A DNA stretch of 64,000 bases, taken from positions 10,822 through 74,821 of the forward strand of contig JAJTEZ010000005.1 of the NCBI GenBank assembly GCA_021298335.1. The letters are read 5' to 3'. Positions within the stretch are counted from its first letter, which is position 1. Every line of letters begins with the position of its first letter. The notes below the pieces were generated by a model. It had not been told where the DNA came from, searched no databases, and worked only from the letters and a program-made list of their open reading frames with translations. Below are positions 57,820-64,000 of this stretch, in pieces. The position numbers and the translations under genes are program-made. The DNA is from Saprospiraceae bacterium. GTDB taxonomy: Bacteria; Bacteroidota; Bacteroidia; Chitinophagales; Saprospiraceae.

Positions 57820-59919
57820 TTACTTATTAACAGATTTTTGTGCTTCAGAAAGCCCACACTCTAAGAAAGACAAATACCCATCCACACCCTCTACAAATGG
57901 TCGGGGACGACTGATAACTTCTTGATTGTTTGTTACCATCACATACAATGGCTGTGAATTCTGTTGAAAATTTACTATCTGAAAATCAGCCCACTTATTC
58001 CCGACATTTCTGATTTTCCGTTGAGTCTGTTCTGAAATATAAACTTTAGGTAACTTTTTATCCTCATCGACGTACAACGAAATTAAGACAAGGGAATCAT
58101 TGAGGATAGATCTGATCCTGTCATCCACCCAGATATGCTCTTCCGTTTTTCGGCAATTGACACATCCATGTCCCGTAAAATCGAGCATGACTGGTTTGTT
58201 TACCTCTCGCGCATATGCCATACCTTCAAAATAATCCTTGAAACAGTTGATGTTATTTGCACATTTGGTATATGAAGGATATTTTGCCTGAATTGTAGCA
58301 TCGACGTCCTGGGCTTTCAGGAAAAAATTATAATGAGCAGGAGGCGCCAATCCACTCATCAAAGATAAAGCCTGATAATCGCCGGTCTTTTCATTGACTT
58401 TAAATCCAGTCGTAAGATATGCCACCAAGGCAAGGGATAGAAGCGCGAATACTTTTCGGGAACCAGACAATCTTTTTACTGGACTATCATGCGGAAATTT
58501 GATTTTACCAAACAGATAAATTGTCATAGCTGTAAAAATGACCACCCACAGTCCCATAAACAATTCATATTTCAGGAAATCCCAACCATTTGTCATGTCT
58601 GCAACTGATAAAAACTTTAATGCCAAAGCAAGTTCCAAAAATCCCAGAACAACCTTAACAGTATTCATCCAACTACCTGATTTAGGCAACGTATTCAGCC
58701 ACGCAGGAAATGCGGCAAACAAACCAAACGGCAGGGCAAGTGCGGAAGAAAATCCCAGCATTACCAAAAAAGGCCCCATGTATTCTCCTTTCGTGGCTGC
58801 TTGAACAATAGCTGTGCCAATGATAGGACCTGTACACGAAAACGAGACCAGAGCCAATGTGAAAGCCATAAAGAAAATGCCCAGTAAGCCACCCTTGTCT
58901 GCAAGCTTATCGCTCCCTGTACTCCAGCTACTCGGTAATGTGATTTCATAAAATCCAAAAAACGAAAAAGCAAAGACAATGAAAATGAGAAAGAACAAAG
59001 AGTTTGCAACCCAGTTTGTAGACAATCTGTTAAGTGCTTCTGGGCCTACAAAAATTGTAATCAATAGACCTATCAGCACATAAATCACGATGATCGAAAG
59101 GCCGTAAATCATGCCATTAACCCAGCCTTTTCTTTTTGTGTCCTTTGTAAAGAAGCTGATTGTAATAGGAAGCATTGGAAACACACAAGGAGTGAGTAAG
59201 GCAAGAAGACCGCCAATGAATCCAAACAAAAACGTCCACAGCAATCCTTCTTTTTTCTGTTCCTCCCCTCCGCAATTACTGATCGGGTGTTCATAAGTGG
59301 ATGCAAGTGCAGAAATTTTCTGATCAATCTTGTCTCCGGTAATTTTTGCACCCACAAATGTGGTTTCTTCAAAGGGGGTAGAATCTTTTACAATATTCTG
59401 AGGTATAGACTCAGGTTCGTCTGACTGACTTTCTGCTTTCTCACTTTTTACTTCTTTTGCCTTGCCGGGAATCGTGAATGTAAAGTCTGCATCTGTGGGA
59501 GGAAGACATTTTTCCTGATCACATGCCATATAATTTACGTATCCCTTAATGGTCGAGCCGGGGTTTAATGCTTTTATCTTTTGTTCAATAATAAACGCTT
59601 TATCAGAAGTAAATTTGATAACATTGACCCCAAACAGCGCATCCATTCCTTCCTTCCTGGCTCCGGATTCTTTTGCCTTCCCCAATAGTTGTATTCCTGC
59701 CATCTCCTCATAATTCACGCTGGTGGGCACAGGTCCGTCTTCAGATGTATATTGAGAATAAATGGTCCAACCCTTGTCAACAGTCGCAGTATACCTTAAA
59801 ACATACTCATCACCTTTGACGGCCACGATGTCAAATTTCCATTTTACGGGTGTAAAAACCTGTGAAAACAGGTTAGAAAATAGAATTGTCAGTGTAAAAA
59901 TCAATGAAAAACGTCTCAT
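57820..59919 (-). CDS. dsbD: DsbD-like thiol:disulfide reductase (N-terminal DsbD-alpha domain + CcdA-type membrane core + C-terminal thioredoxin domain)
   Basis: Alpha domain ..YVNYMACDQEKCLPP; membrane core LLALLTPCVFPMLPI and SFSCTGPIIG; thioredoxin FTGHGCVNCRK. Confidence 0.85.
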   Translation of the reverse strand: MRRFSLIFTLTILFSNLFSQVFTPVKWKFDIVAVKGDEYVLRYTATVDKGWTIYSQYTSEDGPVPTSVNYEEMAGIQLLGKAKESGARKEGMDALFGVNVIKFTSDKAFIIEQKIKALNPGSTIKGYVNYMACDQEKCLPPTDADFTFTIPGKAKEVKSEKAESQSDEPESIPQNIVKDSTPFEETTFVGAKITGDKIDQKISALASTYEHPISNCGGEEQKKEGLLWTFLFGFIGGLLALLTPCVFPMLPITISFFTKDTKRKGWVNGMIYGLSIIVIYVLIGLLITIFVGPEALNRLSTNWVANSLFFLIFIVFAFSFFGFYEITLPSSWSTGSDKLADKGGLLGIFFMAFTLALVSFSCTGPIIGTAIVQAATKGEYMGPFLVMLGFSSALALPFGLFAAFPAWLNTLPKSGSWMNTVKVVLGFLELALALKFLSVADMTNGWDFLKYELFMGLWVVIFTAMTIYLFGKIKFPHDSPVKRLSGSRKVFALLSLALVAYLTTGFKVNEKTGDYQALSLMSGLAPPAHYNFFLKAQDVDATIQAKYPSYTKCANNINCFKDYFEGMAYAREVNKPVMLDFTGHGCVNCRKTEEHIWVDDRIRSILNDSLVLISLYVDEDKKLPKVYISEQTQRKIRNVGNKWADFQIVNFQQNSQPLYVMVTNNQEVISRPRPFVEGVDGYLSFLECGLSEAQKSVNK

Positions 59920-59937
59920 CAGCTAAATTCTTTGTCT

Positions 59938-60375
59938 TTAGTATATCTCGTCAAACTGGATTTCTTTTGGAGGTAGGCACCTTGTACCATCACACGTCAT
60001 GAATTCAACTGTACCTAGTACCCTTCTTGAATCACTGACTGGAATTCGCAAGGTAAATAATGCCTTGTTCTTAAATTTTAAGACTGTCATGTCAAACATT
60101 TCATCAAAAACAGAATCGGGGGTAGTCTTTTCTTCAAACTGGACACTTTTTCCAGCAATGGTAAAGCTTGTGGGAATCGGCCCTCCCTCGTCGGTATTTT
60201 GAGAATAAATGACCCAACCTGCCTGCATGGTCGCCGTTGCCAAAATCTCAACTTCCCTGTCGGTTAGTTTTTTGGCGTTGAACTCCCACTTTACTGGGTT
60301 CTGCGACTGTCCCTTTGTGACTTCGGCAAAGCAACAAACTATAAATATACTCAGCAATGTAATATGTGCACTCAT
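59938..60375 (-). CDS. Secreted stand-alone DsbD N-terminal (alpha) domain protein
   Basis: Signal peptide MSAHITLLSIFIVCCFA. VKWEFNAKK...GWVIYSQ...EFMTCDGTRCLPP parallels the N-terminus of the adjacent DsbD. I chose the ATG at 60375. Confidence 0.65.
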   Translation of the reverse strand: MSAHITLLSIFIVCCFAEVTKGQSQNPVKWEFNAKKLTDREVEILATATMQAGWVIYSQNTDEGGPIPTSFTIAGKSVQFEEKTTPDSVFDEMFDMTVLKFKNKALFTLRIPVSDSRRVLGTVEFMTCDGTRCLPPKEIQFDEIY

Positions 60376-60495
60376 AAAATCCCGAAAAACCGAAGCTAAA
60401 TAAAGTGCGAAAGTACTTCTATTTGGCGTCTTATTGAAAGAGAGATCCTGCATTAATAAAAGTTTAACCAAGCATCTGCATTACTTCGGAATGCA

Positions 60496-61476
60496 TTACA
60501 AAAATCCCGGCGACAAAGCGCAGGCCAGAAATGCCAAATGCAAAAACTCATTCAAAAGTCTAGACGAGGAATCACTCACCAACACTCCCCCTAAGAAAGC
60601 TATAGGAAGAGATAATGTCAACAAATGCTCCCATCCGTTTGAAAAAACAAGAAAATACGACCCAAAGGCAAACAAAAGAGCAAGAAATTGAATGTTGTAT
60701 TTTTTTTGAAGCTGAATGTTCTTTTTACCAGTAATGGAGTCATAATTGATAAGAATCAGGATCGTTGCCAGAAGAACCATAAATATTCCAACCATTGAAA
60801 AACTAACTACGAACTCCTGAAATTTGACGCTCATGTCAAACATTTTTCGAATTTCGACAAAGTCAATCAATTTCCGGTTATTCCAAAACCGATGGGTTCC
60901 CAACAAAATAACGGGAGTAAAATATCCACACAGGAACTGAATGATTTCAAGAAAACGAAACTTTCTTAATTGCACGATTGACAAAAACCCCCATACACAA
61001 AAGAGAAAATATGGAAAATAAAAAACGGTAGCCAGGGAAAGATAAAATCCTGCCATATACACAGGAACTGTTACCGTGGAAACCTTATAGGTTGAATACA
61101 TATGTAACACAGACAAAGCAACAAACGTGCTTGCAATGATTCCTGGAGAAAAAATAGCGTTTTGAGGCACAACGGATACAATCAGGACATAAATGACTGC
61201 TGGTATCAATGTGTTTTCCTTCAGGAGCCTGTGCTTTACGGCAATAGCATTGACAAGTAACGCCTGTATGTATATAAGAATAACGGCAGCAATGTTCTGC
61301 ATTAATGCATCCGGCAACAATTGGATAAACGCCTGTTGAACTTCATTTCCACTGGATGAAACTGAATACGAAACAGGTTCTATCAATGAAAAAATGCGGA
61401 CAATACACACGTATGGCAGCAAAAGCAGCTGGGTAAAAAAATTGTTTCTTCTAAATACTGCAATCACTATAATCAA
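60496..61476 (-). CDS. Hypothetical polytopic membrane protein
   Basis: 326-aa ORF that is strongly hydrophobic throughout. The start is a TTG and is uncertain. Confidence 0.5.
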   Translation of the reverse strand: MIIVIAVFRRNNFFTQLLLLPYVCIVRIFSLIEPVSYSVSSSGNEVQQAFIQLLPDALMQNIAAVILIYIQALLVNAIAVKHRLLKENTLIPAVIYVLIVSVVPQNAIFSPGIIASTFVALSVLHMYSTYKVSTVTVPVYMAGFYLSLATVFYFPYFLFCVWGFLSIVQLRKFRFLEIIQFLCGYFTPVILLGTHRFWNNRKLIDFVEIRKMFDMSVKFQEFVVSFSMVGIFMVLLATILILINYDSITGKKNIQLQKKYNIQFLALLFAFGSYFLVFSNGWEHLLTLSLPIAFLGGVLVSDSSSRLLNEFLHLAFLACALSPGFL

Positions 61477-61793
61477 AAAATTAGCTCAACAATTGGGTGT
61501 CTGGTGCTATCATTCCTAAACATGATGCCTTTGCAAACATACAATTATTTCTATTTCAAAAAGAAAAGAATTGAAACCTCCAGGAAAAATCAAAAGCATC
61601 CATGATCAATTATTCCATGGAGAAATACCCGAATGAAAAAATTCTCAGTGTCCCTCTTTCGAGAAAAACTTAAGTCAGATCCGGGATTCAGGTTTTTGGG
61701 AATGATCATTTTTTGAATTCTGTACTAAACTGTCTGACCTACCCTCTGTTTTTATGTATATTGCATCTTTTTTAGCAGGCTTGTGTGGTAGGT

Positions 61794-62605
61794 ATGTCCA
61801 TTTCTATTGATAAAATCAAAGAACCTGTAAAGGGTGAACTTCTGGACTTCGAAAAGCATTTTCGGGAGGCAATGAAAAGCTCTGCCCCCTTAATGGATAA
61901 AATCACCTATTACATCATCCAGAAAAAGGGCAAACAAATCAGACCTGTGCTGGTTTTTCTGTCTGCAAAAATGTGTGGCACCATCAATCCTTCTACTTAT
62001 GTAGCTGCGTCACTGATAGAGCTTTTACATACTGCAACCCTGGTGCATGATGACGTAGTAGATGACGCTTATATGCGGAGGGGGTTTTTTTCAGTAAATG
62101 CACTTTGGAAAAATAAAGTCGCGGTACTTGTAGGCGATTACTTGCTGTCCAAGGGACTCTTGATCGCACTTGACTCACAAAATTATAACCACCTGCATAC
62201 TCTGTCTACTGCTGTCAGGCTTATGTCTGAAGGAGAGTTGCTGCAAATTGAAAAAGCGAGGAAATTAGACATCACAGAGGATGTTTATTTTGATATTATC
62301 CGACAAAAAACTGCTTCACTGATTGCTGCTGCTTGCAAGGCTGGAGCCGCTTCTGTGACAGAAAATCTGGATGTCCAGAATCAGTTGTGGTTGTTTGGGG
62401 AAAAACTGGGCATGGCTTTCCAAATAAAAGACGATTTGTTTAAGTCATTGAATTCGTAAAAGAAACCGGAGGCATGGAATATGCTGTAGAAAAAATGAAC
62501 TTTTTTAAATCAGAGGCGCTTTCCATACTTGAACCTTTGCCCGAGAACCCTGCAAAGCAAGCAATGAACGAGCTGGTTGAATATTTCACTGCAAGAAAAC
62601 TGTAA
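61794..62605 (+). pseudogene. ispB: Long-chain polyprenyl-diphosphate synthase (IspB-like) with an internal out-of-frame deletion
   Basis: The N-terminal part runs from MSISIDKIKEP through FARM LVHDDVVDD and SARM FQIKDDLF, then KSLNS* (stop 62457..62459). A second frame opens at 62444 and reads VIEFVKETGGMEYAVEKM...YFTARKL* (stop 62603..62605), the normal C-terminus. Confidence 0.7.
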
Positions 62606-62643
62606 TCCGAATTGATTTCTCAGAATGCTATAACTTTTCCAAC

Positions 62644-64000
62644 ATGCAACAAGTCGCTTTAATCATCCTTGACGGCTGGGGAATCAACCCCGATGAAAAC
62701 GTCAGTGCAATCTCTGCAGCAAATACACCTGTGATGGACGCACTGATTTCAAATTACCCCAATGCAACGCTTACAACTTTTGGTGAAGATGTGGGACTAC
62801 CGGAAGGACAAATGGGTAATTCTGAGGTAGGACACACAAATATCGGCGCAGGCAGAGTAGTGTACCAGGAACTTGCCCGCATCCATAAAGCTTTCAGAGA
62901 AGACGAACTTCTTTCCAATCAGGTGTTTATCGACGCCCTTGAATTTGCGTCCAATAACACAAAGCGAATTCATCTGATGGGCCTAGTCTCTGATGGCGGT
63001 GTTCATTCGCATATCAGCCACCTAACTGGGCTCTGTGGGCTTCTGGACCAGCACGCCAGAGATTCGCAGATATTTATCCACGCTTTTACCGACGGCAGAG
63101 ACACTGACCCCAAAGGAGGCGCGGACTATCTAAGGCAAATTGAATTGCTGACAAATGATCATATCCATCTCGCTACTGTGGTGGGAAGATATTATGCGAT
63201 GGACAGAGATAAACGCTGGGAAAGGGTGAAAATTGCCTATGACCTTTTGGTCAACGGCAAAGGTGATGTTGCTGACGATCTTTCCAGCGCACTGGAGTTG
63301 AAATACCTGGAAGGAGAAACGGACGAGTTTGTGAAACCCCTGATCCTAAAGAAATCACTTTTCAATCAACCCTTTCTTCAGGAGGATGATGTTGTTATCT
63401 TCTTCAACTTTAGAACAGACAGGCCCCGGCAATTGACAGAAGTGCTGACTCAAAAAGACCTACATGAATTCGACATGCACAAACTTCGCCTGCATTTTGT
63501 TTCATTCTCCAACTACGACCAAAGTTTCGAAAACATTGCTGTACTGTTTGAAAAGGATAATCTGACAAAAACACTTGGAGAGGTCATTAGTCAGCAGGGG
63601 CTCTCCCAGTTAAGAATTGCAGAAACAGAAAAATATCCACATGTCACCTTCTTTTTTAACGGAGGTGTCGAAAAAAGTTTTCCTGGCGAAGAAAGAATTA
63701 TGATTCCTTCTCCCAAGGTACCTACGTACGATCTTGCTCCTGAAATGAGTGCCGGACAAATTACAGATCAACTGATTGAGTTTGTGGATAAAAACCGGCC
63801 AGATTTTATTTGCCTGAACTATGCAAATACCGATATGGTGGGTCATACTGGTGTTTTTTCGGCGGCAGTGAAGGCAACGGAATATGTAGATAGCTGTTTG
63901 GGGCGCTTGCTGGATACGCTGATATCACATGAATATGTTTCAGTTATTCTGGCGGACCACGGAAATTCTGATATCATGGTCAACCCCGATGGTTCACCGA
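62644..64000 (+). CDS. gpmI: 2,3-bisphosphoglycerate-independent phosphoglycerate mutase, 5' part; runs off the right edge
   Basis: Absent from the ORF track because there is no stop in the window. My translation from the ATG at 62644: MQQVALIILDGWGINPDENVSAI...GQMGNSEVGHTNIGAGR...SDGGVHSH...YANTDMVGHTG. Confidence 0.9.
   Translation, partial: MQQVALIILDGWGINPDENVSAISAANTPVMDALISNYPNATLTTFGEDVGLPEGQMGNSEVGHTNIGAGRVVYQELARIHKAFREDELLSNQVFIDALEFASNNTKRIHLMGLVSDGGVHSHISHLTGLCGLLDQHARDSQIFIHAFTDGRDTDPKGGADYLRQIELLTNDHIHLATVVGRYYAMDRDKRWERVKIAYDLLVNGKGDVADDLSSALELKYLEGETDEFVKPLILKKSLFNQPFLQEDDVVIFFNFRTDRPRQLTEVLTQKDLHEFDMHKLRLHFVSFSNYDQSFENIAVLFEKDNLTKTLGEVISQQGLSQLRIAETEKYPHVTFFFNGGVEKSFPGEERIMIPSPKVPTYDLAPEMSAGQITDQLIEFVDKNRPDFICLNYANTDMVGHTGVFSAAVKATEYVDSCLGRLLDTLISHEYVSVILADHGNSDIMVNPDGSP

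Noticed and set aside
1-64000. I looked for CRISPR arrays, IS elements or transposases, integrases, phage genes, toxin-antitoxin or other defence genes, and rRNA or tRNA genes.
   Set aside because: I found no regularly spaced direct repeats, no transposase- or integrase-like ORFs, no terminal inverted repeats flanking any block, and no structured-RNA-like GC-rich islands. The window reads as core chromosome.

Overview
This 64 kb window looks like chromosomal DNA from a gliding member of the Bacteroidota. Supporting signs are gldD/gldE directly downstream of mutY-ssb, a T9SS-type C-terminal sorting domain on a secreted M4 protease, and TAnnTTTG-like promoter boxes. I count about 60 protein genes and see no rRNA, tRNA, CRISPR array or mobile element. 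The centre is a complete 14-gene complex I operon, nuoA-N (13530..26433, + strand). Inorganic-carbon genes sit on both sides of it. On the left, reading on the - strand, are a small secreted protein, a SulP transporter, DabA (DUF2309) and DabB (NuoL-like); this is a DAB-type CO2/bicarbonate pump. On the right are an NhaD-like cation antiporter, a second small secreted protein, a second SulP and a beta-carbonic anhydrase. The rest is mostly housekeeping: partial ppiD-like, dnaX, meaB, two DedA genes, trmB, cinA, a 2-oxoacid dehydrogenase E2, murQ with a Na+/solute symporter, an M50 protease, an acyl-CoA dehydrogenase, rnhB, glycerate kinase, gldD/gldE, ssb, mutY, two tandem ECF-type sigma factors, two FKBP lipoproteins, a DsbD-like reductase with a free-standing DsbD N-domain paralogue, and partial gpmI. 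Several reading-frame anomalies deserve a second look. Both SulP genes have a broken or ambiguous 5' end with the same frame offset. Both polyprenyl-diphosphate synthase genes carry an internal out-of-frame deletion of roughly 50 codons. murQ lacks a conserved N-terminal segment. dnaX contains an in-frame A10 slippery run at the expected tau/gamma boundary. All calls come from reading the translations and sequence by eye; no database searches were run.
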